Positions 17,771 to 25,892 of a stretch of DNA of 64,000 nucleotides are shown in pieces; position 1 is the first letter of the stretch; every line of letters starts with the position of its first letter. This stretch comes from Proteobacteria bacterium SG_bin7 (GTDB lineage Bacteria; Bdellovibrionota; Bdellovibrionia; Bdellovibrionales; SG-bin7): the NCBI GenBank assembly GCA_002083485.1, contig LWDK01000036.1, forward strand, positions 36,680 through 100,679, read 5' to 3'. The notes beneath the pieces were generated by a model. The model was given only the letters and a program-made list of their open reading frames with translations, was not told the origin of the DNA and ran no database searches. The translations under genes and the position numbers were made by a program.

Positions 17771-18382
17771 CTATTTTTTACAGCAATCGGGGATGTGTTT
17801 ACGAATAGTCTGACTTGCCTTCGTGATTTTCACTAAAAAGTCCTCTTCGCTATCAATAAAAAACCGGTTGGGATGGCCTTCCCATGCTTGCACTATACGT
17901 TTATCAATTTCCGCAGCCTCAATATCTGTTTCGATTCGCAAAGGATTTTGTCTGTTATAGCCATTCGACTTTTTTGGTGGATGCAAGTGAATAACTGCGG
18001 CGTACTTGCTGAGTTCTTTTTCTTTGGTCGTATTTAAATCCTCCCAAAACAACGATTCACTGAGCGGCCAATAGGCCAAACTATCTAGGGTACCACGGTC
18101 ACATAGCGCAACGACTGTATTATTTTCTTCAGTGATAAGATTTTCAATTTCATTTTGCACAAAATAAATCGCACGTTGGGCCGCCTTTCGGCCTGGAATT
18201 GAATTGTGACGCCAAAATCCCCCGCCAAAAATTATTCCCGCCGCCTCGGGCAAAACTGCTACATGCTGACAGAATTCTTTTTTTGTTGTTTCTAAGAGTG
18301 CTGTTTTGCCTGCGCCTGGGCCGCCTGTAATTACAATTTTTTTTAGTTGATGATGTTTTACTTCGCAAGAACAAATGTTCAT
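17771..18382 (-). CDS. P-loop NTPase (AAA_28/NadR-like ATPase family candidate)
   Basis: Walker A IVITGGPGAGKTALLE and a Walker-B-like VVALCDRG. ATG 18382 overlaps the stop of the upstream CBS gene (ATGA). Confidence 0.7.
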   Translation of the reverse strand: MNICSCEVKHHQLKKIVITGGPGAGKTALLETTKKEFCQHVAVLPEAAGIIFGGGFWRHNSIPGRKAAQRAIYFVQNEIENLITEENNTVVALCDRGTLDSLAYWPLSESLFWEDLNTTKEKELSKYAAVIHLHPPKKSNGYNRQNPLRIETDIEAAEIDKRIVQAWEGHPNRFFIDSEEDFLVKITKASQTIRKHIPDCCKK

Positions 18383-18609
18383 AAAGCTAGCTCCCTGAGT
18401 TCCCACGCAGGGTAATGCTCTAAAACTTTGATATCACGATCACTAACAATCCCAACTGGAATATTGTTTTCAACTACTGGAATATGTCGAATACCGTTGG
18501 TACTCATAAGCTCTTTAACTTTACTAAGCGGGGTGTTTCTCTGAACTACTATAGGACACGGCGTAGTAAATTCTTCTATAGATATATTGTGTGCTGAAGA
18601 GATCTTCAT
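18379..18609 (-). CDS. Single-CBS-motif protein (76 aa)
   Basis: It has one CBS repeat, VKELMSTNGIRHIPVVENNIPVGIVSDRDI; the second half of a Bateman pair is absent. Confidence 0.65.
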   Translation of the reverse strand: MKISSAHNISIEEFTTPCPIVVQRNTPLSKVKELMSTNGIRHIPVVENNIPVGIVSDRDIKVLEHYPAWELRELAL

Positions 18610-18627
18610 TACTTCCCCTTGTAAACT

Positions 18628-19074
18628 TCAAATCATGTAGTCTGGACTATTCCAAGCAAGATGTAGCATCTTAATTTTAGAATGGTCATGTTTACCTAGA
18701 AGCCGACACAGTAAGTTGAGGGCGTCGATTGTCGTAAAAATTCCTACGATTTCGTTGCTTTCATCGACCACAATGGCGCAACCATATTTTTTTTCTGCCA
18801 TTTCGGCGATAACACGCACCAGATACTGGTCCTGATGAACTTGATAGACATTTGTACTCATCAAATCCCGGAGTGGTTTGGCGTTGTTCTGAGCGATGAG
18901 GTCTCTTTCACTCACGATCCCGATAACTTTATTTTTATCAACCACAGGTAAATGACGAATTCCCCATTTTTCCATGGCCGCTTTGGCCTTTTCTACCGTT
19001 GTTCCCGGAAAAGCAACTTCCGGAAAACGTGTCATAGTCTCATTCACTTTTACGCTCGACATTAGTCCCTCCAT
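18628..19074 (-). CDS. CBS-pair (Bateman) domain protein
   Basis: Two CBS repeats: MEKWGIRHLPVVDKNKVIGIVSERDL and MAEKKYGCAIVVDESNEIVGIFTTIDAL. Confidence 0.85.
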   Translation of the reverse strand: MEGLMSSVKVNETMTRFPEVAFPGTTVEKAKAAMEKWGIRHLPVVDKNKVIGIVSERDLIAQNNAKPLRDLMSTNVYQVHQDQYLVRVIAEMAEKKYGCAIVVDESNEIVGIFTTIDALNLLCRLLGKHDHSKIKMLHLAWNSPDYMI

Positions 19075-19156
19075 TTATTGATAGAAAATTAAATTGCAAT
19101 GCTGACGCCAGCACCATTATGCATTTATTTGAATTGATAGTGATTCTCGAGCAAGT

Positions 19157-19175
19157 TTGGCAAGCCGAATGCCAA
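19157..19175 (+). promoter_or_regulatory. TTGGCA-N7-TGCCAA palindrome that also fits sigma-54 -24/-12 spacing (TGGCAAGCCGAATGC)
   Basis: GG and GC are spaced exactly as in TGGCACG-N4-TTGC. It lies about 150 nt upstream of the 19321 operon. The perfect 6-bp inverted arms make a transcription-factor operator an equally good reading. Confidence 0.35.
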
Positions 19176-19216
19176 CTTGGCAAAATCTCCGATCTTAGTT
19201 TGAGATCACGGGACAT

Positions 19217-19253
19217 AATGACATCTCGTCATTGTAAAATGACATCATGACAC
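19217..19253 (+). promoter_or_regulatory. Cluster of ATGACAT repeats (candidate operator array)
   Basis: AATGACatctcGTCATT is an inverted repeat, followed by AATGACATCATGACAC. ATGACAT recurs at 19219 and 19239, 20 nt apart, which is two helical turns. Confidence 0.35.
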
Positions 19254-19320
19254 AAAACTTATGCTCAAATCTCTTTTAGAGGAAATGAAGATGGCCTTAA
19301 CCTTGCTCTTCTATTAATTT

Positions 19321-19689
19321 ATGAAAAACTCGATTTTAATCTTAATATTCGTGGCAACGCCGACAAATATACTCCATGCTCAGGACTTCCGCGATAACCA
19401 GGAATTAATCCAATTCTTTGAAAATCAATCGGGCCTCTTTCAAGTAAAACTCGTTCCGGGTGATAAAGCAGTCAAAATCTATATTACGGGGGTAGAAAGT
19501 GCCAAAGTTGAACTCGATAAACTAGGTCTTGAGGCATCGATCTCTATTGCCGGTTCAACTCATAAATTAAAAGTTAGTCGCGACAAAGATCACTTTAATA
19601 TCTTCAGAACCACGAAAGAACCAATAAAACTTGATCTTAAAATCAATGGACCCGACAAAGCCAGTACTTTGCGGTTTGATGTCCCGTAA
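19321..19689 (+). CDS. Hypothetical secreted protein
   Basis: It has a signal peptide (ILILIFVATPTNILHAQ) and is the first gene of a tightly spaced plus-strand operon. Confidence 0.55.
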   Translation: MKNSILILIFVATPTNILHAQDFRDNQELIQFFENQSGLFQVKLVPGDKAVKIYITGVESAKVELDKLGLEASISIAGSTHKLKVSRDKDHFNIFRTTKEPIKLDLKINGPDKASTLRFDVP

Positions 19690-19703
19690 ATAAGGAGTAT
19701 CGG

Positions 19704-20852
19704 ATGCGAACAGTATTTTATACGATCACATTGATTTCTCTCGCATGCACTTCGGCAGAGCAAAAACCTCTCAATCAATCTGAGTGGCAATTGCGCATGA
19801 GGGAAATCTCGGTCGCCTTTGCAAAACTCGTTCGACTTTCCTATTTACGCTCCAGTGAAACAACAACTTTTGAAAAAGAAGCAAAAGAGTTGGCGCGGAT
19901 TGCTCAAGAAATTGATAGACATGGACAAAATCTAAAATTCGATAAAGATCCAGTTCTCAAATTTGTAGCACGCGATTTTAGCGCCGACATGCAGTCGGCC
20001 TACTTATCAGCAAAAAGTGGAAACGTGGGAGTCGCAAAATCCATCATTCGCTCGACTTCCAACTATTGCATCAGTTGTCACACCCGTAATGACCAAGGAA
20101 TACAAGACACCGCTGGTTTTTTGTCAGTTGATGTCGGGGATCTCAAGGGAATTGAAAAAGCTGACTACTTCGCGGCCGTACGCCAGTTCCTTCCCGCTTT
20201 AAATGCCTACGATCAAGTATTAACAAGTCCGCGTTTTTCAGAAACAAACACCAAAGAATGGACGACAGGCATGAAAAAATCTTTAGCAATTGCTGTCAGA
20301 GTCGAACGCAATCCTTCGCTTACACTGGAGTTAATCAGCCGGGTATTTGACGCCAAATCAGTCCCCCTAAGTTTCCGTGAAGCCGCTCTGACTTGGCGGC
20401 GCGCAACTAAGGAATGGCGTGACACGGAGAAAAAGGAAACGGCTATGAACAATGCCGCCAAAGTCAAAGAGGCACGGCTTCTTGTGCACAAAGGCCAACT
20501 CGCCATTCAAGAAACATGGAATAGCGAGGCGGGGCTAATTTACTTTTTACGTGCCTCTTCTCTTCTTAATGATATCGTTACAAAACAAAAGGAAATATCA
20601 GACTATTCTGAAGTTCTTTATCTTTCTGGTCTCGCTGCCGAAGCCCTTCGCGATGTCAACCTTTGGACTTTTGATGAAATTTATTATGAAAGTTGTATTC
20701 GCGCCAAACCACATTCTGAAAATTCTAGAAAATGTTTCACTCGTTATGAGGCTTTGCAATTTTTAGGTGAATCATACCACCTTGACGAAAACACCACCAT
20801 AGAACCTGCACAAATAACAAAACTTAAGCAACTAAAAGAACTCGCACTTTAA
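19704..20852 (+). CDS. Lipoprotein with a single c-type haem-binding motif
   Basis: Lipobox LISLAC, one CxxCH motif (NYCISCHTRND), and a helical repeat-like remainder. A GGAG SD sequence lies upstream. Confidence 0.6.
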   Translation: MRTVFYTITLISLACTSAEQKPLNQSEWQLRMREISVAFAKLVRLSYLRSSETTTFEKEAKELARIAQEIDRHGQNLKFDKDPVLKFVARDFSADMQSAYLSAKSGNVGVAKSIIRSTSNYCISCHTRNDQGIQDTAGFLSVDVGDLKGIEKADYFAAVRQFLPALNAYDQVLTSPRFSETNTKEWTTGMKKSLAIAVRVERNPSLTLELISRVFDAKSVPLSFREAALTWRRATKEWRDTEKKETAMNNAAKVKEARLLVHKGQLAIQETWNSEAGLIYFLRASSLLNDIVTKQKEISDYSEVLYLSGLAAEALRDVNLWTFDEIYYESCIRAKPHSENSRKCFTRYEALQFLGESYHLDENTTIEPAQITKLKQLKELAL

Positions 20853-20866
20853 AACAGGAGGAATTT

Positions 20867-21253
20867 ATGTCGGCATTAGTAACTTGGATCAACTCTCACG
20901 AGGCTAGAATTTTTAAATTCAAACCTACTGGAGTTGAGATCAGCAAAGTCGAAAGCCATGGCCCCCGCCACCAAGCCGAAGTGCATGGCAAAAATCATAC
21001 GAAAGCAGAGGGAGACATGGAGAAGTTTTATCGTGAAGTTATTAAAACTCTAGGAACCGAAAAAGACTCGCAGTGGTTAATTCTTGGTCCTAGTCTAGCC
21101 CACACCCATCTCAAGCACATAATAGACAAAGATTTTCCCCACCTCAGAAAATGTATCGTTGCCGTGGAACCTATGGACAACGCCACTGACGGACAAATTC
21201 AAGATTACGCCCGAAAATTTTTTAAACATCGAGGCGTCTTTGAGGCTTTATGA
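20867..21253 (+). CDS. Small cytoplasmic protein, Host_attach / bacterial eRF1-like family candidate (function uncertain)
   Basis: 128 aa. The pattern ARIFKF...H...EKFYREVIKTLG...WLILGPSLAHTHLKHIIDKDFPHLRKCIVAVEPMD resembles the host-attachment-protein family as I remember it. A strong AGGAGG SD sequence is present, and the gene overlaps the next gene by ATGA. Confidence 0.55.
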   Translation: MSALVTWINSHEARIFKFKPTGVEISKVESHGPRHQAEVHGKNHTKAEGDMEKFYREVIKTLGTEKDSQWLILGPSLAHTHLKHIIDKDFPHLRKCIVAVEPMDNATDGQIQDYARKFFKHRGVFEAL

Positions 21254-21708
21254 AACACATTAGCCTTGACAAAGCGATGACCCGCCATCCCTACATTGCA
21301 AATCGCAAGATGACTGCAGCTGTGGCCGGAAAGTTCATGCATCAGCACAATATTCGTCATTTGCCGGTCCTTGAGGGAAGTCAAATCATAGGTATGGTGA
21401 CGGAGCCTATAGTAAAATTAGCGGATGTATTTCAGGGGCCAGGTTCACTCTTAGTAGAAGACATTATGGATACAAATCCCTTGTGCATCGACGAAGCCGC
21501 ACCACTTTTAAAAGTAATCCAGTCGATGGCAGAAACAAAACGCGATTATGTGCTGGCGCTAAATGTAAGCGGGCAAGTTGTCGGAATTTTTACGACGGTA
21601 AATGCACTGGACCTACTGACTTGGCATCTGAGTACAGCAGACGATCAAACAAATTTGTGTTATCATTACGATAGTTTCCTAAATAAGGGGCAGAGGATAA
21701 AAACCTGA
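21250..21708 (+). CDS. CBS-pair domain protein
   Basis: Two CBS repeats: MHQHNIRHLPVLEGSQIIGMVTE and MAETKRDYVLALNVSGQVVGIFTTVNAL. Confidence 0.85.
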   Translation: MKHISLDKAMTRHPYIANRKMTAAVAGKFMHQHNIRHLPVLEGSQIIGMVTEPIVKLADVFQGPGSLLVEDIMDTNPLCIDEAAPLLKVIQSMAETKRDYVLALNVSGQVVGIFTTVNALDLLTWHLSTADDQTNLCYHYDSFLNKGQRIKT

Positions 21709-23090
21709 ATAGTCTAGAGTTAAATTTCTTAGGGGCGATTGATACGGTCACAGGAAGTCGTACGCAGATTTCTTACAACGGCAAAAAATACCTCATCGAC
21801 TGTGGCTTATTTCAAGGACCTAAAGAAATTAGAAACAAAAACTGGGCTGGTATTCCCAACGCCAAAGAAATTTCTGCAGTCATTCTTACACATGCTCATG
21901 TCGATCATGTCGGTCTCATCCCGGTTCTTGTAAAAAATGGATTCCAGGGTAAGATTCTTTGTTCTCAGGCCACGGCCGATCTCTGCAAAATAATACTACC
22001 CGACTCTGGCCGCCTGCAAGAGGAAGATGCCCATTTTGCTAACTCCAAAGGGTATTCAATTCATAGTCCCGCACTCCCATTGTATACCGAAAAAGAAGCC
22101 ATTGATAGCCTTAGGTTTCTCTTGCCACAAAATTGCAATGAGTGGTTACCCTTAGATAAGGGATTAAAATACCGCCTGAGCCGATCTGGACACATTTTAG
22201 GCTCTACTTTTGTTGAAATTGGTTATGATAATCACGTCGATTCAAGAACTCTCTTATTTTCTGGAGACCTTGGCCGCCCTAATCCAATTCTACTCAAAGA
22301 ACGAATGCAGATAGTCGAAGCCGACGATGTTGTTATCGAATCAACATATGGCGATCGCGTACATAGCAAAGATGATATCATGGAGCAATTGGCCTCCACA
22401 ATTAACAAAGTACTAAAACGCGAAGGTACATTGGTTATACCGGCTTTTTCTGTAGGTCGCACCCAAGACATTCTATTTATGATTCGTACGCTAGAAGCGG
22501 AAGGCAAAATCGATTCTGTCAAAGTTTATCTCGACTCTCCGATGGCACTAAGGGCGTCCGAGCTCTACTTAAAATATGAAAGTGAAATAAAACCCAAATG
22601 GTCAGAAGATCAAATTCGCTCTTCCTTTAATTGGAAAAACTTTATTCCCGTTAACTCAACTGACGATTCAATGCTACTTTGCATGGATGACTCTCCTAAG
22701 ATTGTTGTTTCGGCCTCAGGAATGTTAAGTGGTGGACGCGTACTTCACCATCTTAAAGCCAAACTTCCGGGCACAAAAAATGGAGTACTTTTTGTCGCCT
22801 ATCAACCCCCGGGAACAAAAGGTTATCTCTTGAAGAATGGCTTAAATAAAATTCGTATTCACCACCAACAGATAGACGTTGAAGCGGAAATATCATCGAT
22901 TGAAAGCCTGTCGGCTCATGCCGACAGCAACGAAATCATTGATTGGTTAAGGGCGTTTCGTAAAAAACCTAAGCGCGTTTTTATCAATCACGGTGAACCA
23001 AATTCACGGCGAGCGTTAGCCTACAGAATCAAAAATGAGCTGAGCCTAAATCCTGTAATACCGGCTGAAAACGAAGCGATAAAGTTGTAG
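21705..23090 (+). CDS. Metallo-beta-lactamase / beta-CASP family hydrolase (RNA-metabolising MBL type), apparently CTG-initiated
   Basis: My own translation upstream of the track ORF (22080) stays in frame: LNSLELNFLGAIDTVTGSRTQISYNGKKYLIDCGLFQG...VILTHAHVDHVGLIP (HxHxDH). The track portion carries ESTYGDR, PAFSVGRTQ and SAHAD. The frame is closed by TAA at 21684, and the only plausible start is CTG 21705, with GAGG 8 nt upstream. Confidence 0.8.
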   Translation: MNSLELNFLGAIDTVTGSRTQISYNGKKYLIDCGLFQGPKEIRNKNWAGIPNAKEISAVILTHAHVDHVGLIPVLVKNGFQGKILCSQATADLCKIILPDSGRLQEEDAHFANSKGYSIHSPALPLYTEKEAIDSLRFLLPQNCNEWLPLDKGLKYRLSRSGHILGSTFVEIGYDNHVDSRTLLFSGDLGRPNPILLKERMQIVEADDVVIESTYGDRVHSKDDIMEQLASTINKVLKREGTLVIPAFSVGRTQDILFMIRTLEAEGKIDSVKVYLDSPMALRASELYLKYESEIKPKWSEDQIRSSFNWKNFIPVNSTDDSMLLCMDDSPKIVVSASGMLSGGRVLHHLKAKLPGTKNGVLFVAYQPPGTKGYLLKNGLNKIRIHHQQIDVEAEISSIESLSAHADSNEIIDWLRAFRKKPKRVFINHGEPNSRRALAYRIKNELSLNPVIPAENEAIKL

Positions 23091-23102
23091 CCAAGGGACG
23101 AT

Positions 23103-23405
23103 TTAGCAATCACAGCGGGCCGACCAATATCCATATTCATGGTATGGGCCAGGAAGTCGCAAAGCTCTTGAGTTCGTCGTAGGATTCCAAATCGGTTGCG
23201 TGATACTTCGTAAATCTTTCCATCTTTTGTAACCATACAAACATCGGCAGCGCCAGCCCTTAGTAGGAGAAGATTTAGAAAATAGAATGGCCGCCAGAAG
23301 CAGAAATGGTGTGGTTGGCAAGATGGGAGTAAAAATGCCAATAATTCCTATAATTAAAAACGTGATGCCTAAGATAAAAAACAAAGTGCTCATCCCCTTG
23401 CCCAC
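23103..23405 (-). pseudogene. DUF454/YbaN-like membrane protein, apparently only the N-terminal half conserved
   Basis: MSTLFFILGITFLIIGIIGIFTPILPTTPFLLLAAILFSKSSP matches the YbaN-type N-terminus. The remaining ~55 aa are hydrophilic and Cys/Arg-rich, and none of the three frames contains the expected two further TM helices. Confidence 0.4.
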
Positions 23406-23475
23406 CGCCCCTCTCTAACACTTTAGTCCAGAAAAGATTGCTCACCTGCTGTGTAAAGGTTAGCCTAGTATACGC

Positions 23476-24189
23476 GTGAACAAATCCAAAATAAATTCTT
23501 TGCTAATCGAAGATAACTTAAGCTCACAAGCGTTAGTAAAATCGGCGCTTCAAGGAGTTTCAGAAATTACTACCTTGGATCACGGCAATAAGGCGATAGA
23601 AACTTTAAAGACACAGCTTTTTGATCTGTTATTACTCGACGTCGACCTACCTGACGTCGATGGTTTCCATCTTTGTACCCTAATCCGAAACGACCCTCAA
23701 TTAAGTCGACTTCCTATCATTTTGCTCACTGGGAAATCTGGCGACACTGATCGCATCATGGGGTTGACCCTTGGAGCCGATGACTATATTACAAAGCCAT
23801 TTCACCCCGGCGAATTGAGAGCGCGAGTTTTGGCTTTAATTCGGCGTACAATGACTTTGGACCCATCTACAACATCCACCAAAAACCTAAAAGTTGGAAA
23901 CTTAAAACTTAGTATTGAAACACAGCGCGCACTCGTAAGCGAAAGTGAAATCGAACATCTCGTAAACCTAACCACCATAGAGTTTAAAATTTTAAAGCTG
24001 CTCATGGGTTCAATTGACAGAGTGTTTTCACGAAATGAGATTATCGACCTCGTCTGGGGCAATAGCACTTTTATCACAGAGCGTACCGTCGACACGCACA
24101 TGAGTAACCTGCGTAAGAAATTAAAGTCAGCCGGTGAACTCGTAAAGTCGGTACATGGATCCGGCTACCGACTTTCTAACAGTAATTAA
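23476..24189 (+). CDS. OmpR/PhoB-family response regulator (REC plus winged-helix)
   Basis: REC: SLLIEDNLSS, LLLLDVDLPDVDG, ILLTGKSGD, TKPF. Winged helix: TTIEFKILKLLM, RTVDTHMSNLRKKL, VHGSGYRL. GTG start. Confidence 0.9.
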   Translation: MNKSKINSLLIEDNLSSQALVKSALQGVSEITTLDHGNKAIETLKTQLFDLLLLDVDLPDVDGFHLCTLIRNDPQLSRLPIILLTGKSGDTDRIMGLTLGADDYITKPFHPGELRARVLALIRRTMTLDPSTTSTKNLKVGNLKLSIETQRALVSESEIEHLVNLTTIEFKILKLLMGSIDRVFSRNEIIDLVWGNSTFITERTVDTHMSNLRKKLKSAGELVKSVHGSGYRLSNSN

Positions 24190-24551
24190 GAATTTAGTTT
24201 TCTAAGCTCAGAGACAATCGGATCAAGCTGCTCTTCTACAATCTTTAGCCATCCAGAGAGCATGGCCTCGTTTGGCGTCGCTCCTTCAAGAGAAGCTAAG
24301 TGTTCTTCTATTTTCGCCAATGCCTCGGACATTGCCATTGCACCCAAACCGCCAGCCGTGGATTTTAGGCTATGAGCTGACGTCTCTAAAGACGAAAAGT
24401 CCCGACTATCAAAGTAGGATCTTAGCTGTTTTATTTCGCCTGGAACGGTACTAATAAAAATTTCTGTCAAAGTATCAAGCAAACACTTACCTTCTTTATC
24501 TATATAAGTTCGTAAGGTTTTAATTGTTTCTGCGTCTAAAATTGAATTCAT
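24186..24551 (-). CDS. Stand-alone Hpt phosphotransfer protein
   Basis: Hpt motif ETSAHSLKSTAGGLGA; 121 aa, helical. Confidence 0.8.
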   Translation of the reverse strand: MNSILDAETIKTLRTYIDKEGKCLLDTLTEIFISTVPGEIKQLRSYFDSRDFSSLETSAHSLKSTAGGLGAMAMSEALAKIEEHLASLEGATPNEAMLSGWLKIVEEQLDPIVSELRKLNS

Positions 24552-24566
24552 TGTAACCCTCTCTTC

Positions 24567-24974
24567 TTATGAGTTTAAAGATCGATTCACCTGTCGCACC
24601 AAATGAGCTATGTTTTCACCCTTTTTCCAGTGCCCGCAATAACGTAACCGCTTAAGTTCGGGTATTTCGCTTAGGCTTAAATTCTGTCCTGAGTAAATAA
24701 ATAATTTGGAAACGCTTCCAGAGTAAAATTTCTGTAGATGTTTTTCAATAAGTAGAACTATTTCCTGGCCTGAATGCGGTGGTACGGTCCAGTCTATTAT
24801 ATAGTAGTCGTACTTTTCTTTTAAAATCACGTTCTCGAAATTCTTATAAGAAAATACGTAGCAAACGTTCATTTTGAGATTCTCCAAGATGGAAACGATT
24901 GGCACCATTGCTGACACCTGATCTTCTATAACCAAGACCTTTTTAGATTCATCATTCTTATATTTCATATTCAT
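24567..24974 (-). CDS. Atypical receiver-like protein
   Basis: It reads KKVLVIEDQVS, YYIIDWTVPPHSG and LFIYSGQ. The fold pattern is REC-like, but the conserved Lys region is unclear. Confidence 0.55.
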   Translation of the reverse strand: MNMKYKNDESKKVLVIEDQVSAMVPIVSILENLKMNVCYVFSYKNFENVILKEKYDYYIIDWTVPPHSGQEIVLLIEKHLQKFYSGSVSKLFIYSGQNLSLSEIPELKRLRYCGHWKKGENIAHLVRQVNRSLNS

Positions 24975-25169
24975 CCTCCTGATGCTCTATTGTCTTCAAT
25001 CAACGTTAAATAGGATCAAACAGGATGTTATGCAGATGTGAATTTTTCTGTTTCAATATGAGAATAGCCCCACACTTTCTTGAAATCTTCCTAATCACCT
25101 CTTCACGTATCTAATTTAAGCTATATTTATTGATACAAACATATTATCGCGGAACGTAGGTAGGTAATT

Positions 25170-25892
25170 ATGAACAAACTCATTCAAAATGTACTTATAG
25201 TTGACGATAACCCAAGCGATATAGCGATCGCTAAGCACTGTGCGGAAAAGCTCGGTATGAACGCCGTATCGGCAAACGGAGGATTTGAAGCCCTGGAACT
25301 TCTAGGTCAATATCATTTTGATATTTATGTTGTTGACCTACAGATGCCTAAAATGTCGGGAATAGACTTGCTAAAACGCATTAAACCCATCGCTGAACAG
25401 TCTAAAGGATCAGTACTTGTCATGAGCGGAAGGTCCCGCCCGACTGACATCGAGCAAGCAGTCCGCGTAGGTGCGAAAGATTATATCGTTAAACCCATTG
25501 ACTTGATGATTTTAGAAAGTAAACTTATAAGTCTTGCTAACTTACACCAAAAAGACTGGGTTGAATACTCTGTGGAAGACATGAATGATTCTACTGCTGA
25601 GCTTTGTTTACCGGCGCAAATTATGTCGATCAGCGAAGTGGGACTTACATTTCATTCCTCAAGCGCTCTTAAGGCTGGACAAGTCGTCACTTTAAATGCG
25701 GAACTATTAACTAAAGTTGGCGTACCCTCGGTGGCCGTGCGCGTGGCTGAAGAGATTGGCGATCTCAATAATATTCGAACTTACAAAAGTTTTTTTATTG
25801 GACTCAAGGAAGAACACCTAAGAAAAATAAGACTTCTATGTAAAAATCTATGGACCACGCAGATGACTAAGAAAAATGGGGTGACGGTATGA
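25170..25892 (+). CDS. Response regulator: receiver plus PilZ-like beta-barrel domain with degenerate c-di-GMP motifs
   Basis: REC: VLIVDDNPSD, IYVVDLQMPKMSG, VLVMSGRS, VKPI. The C-terminal region AELCLPAQIMSISEVGLTFHSSSALKAGQVVTLNAEL...YKSFFIGLKEEHLRKIRLL fits the PilZ pattern, but RxxxR is absent and the D/N of DxSxxG is Ser. Confidence 0.65.
   Translation: MNKLIQNVLIVDDNPSDIAIAKHCAEKLGMNAVSANGGFEALELLGQYHFDIYVVDLQMPKMSGIDLLKRIKPIAEQSKGSVLVMSGRSRPTDIEQAVRVGAKDYIVKPIDLMILESKLISLANLHQKDWVEYSVEDMNDSTAELCLPAQIMSISEVGLTFHSSSALKAGQVVTLNAELLTKVGVPSVAVRVAEEIGDLNNIRTYKSFFIGLKEEHLRKIRLLCKNLWTTQMTKKNGVTV

Noticed and set aside
21739-21933. A 64-aa plus-strand ORF between the CBS gene and the track's MBL ORF.
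   Set aside because: It is out of frame with, and completely covered by, the conserved N-terminal coding region of the MBL/beta-CASP gene (HxHxDH motif in the other frame).
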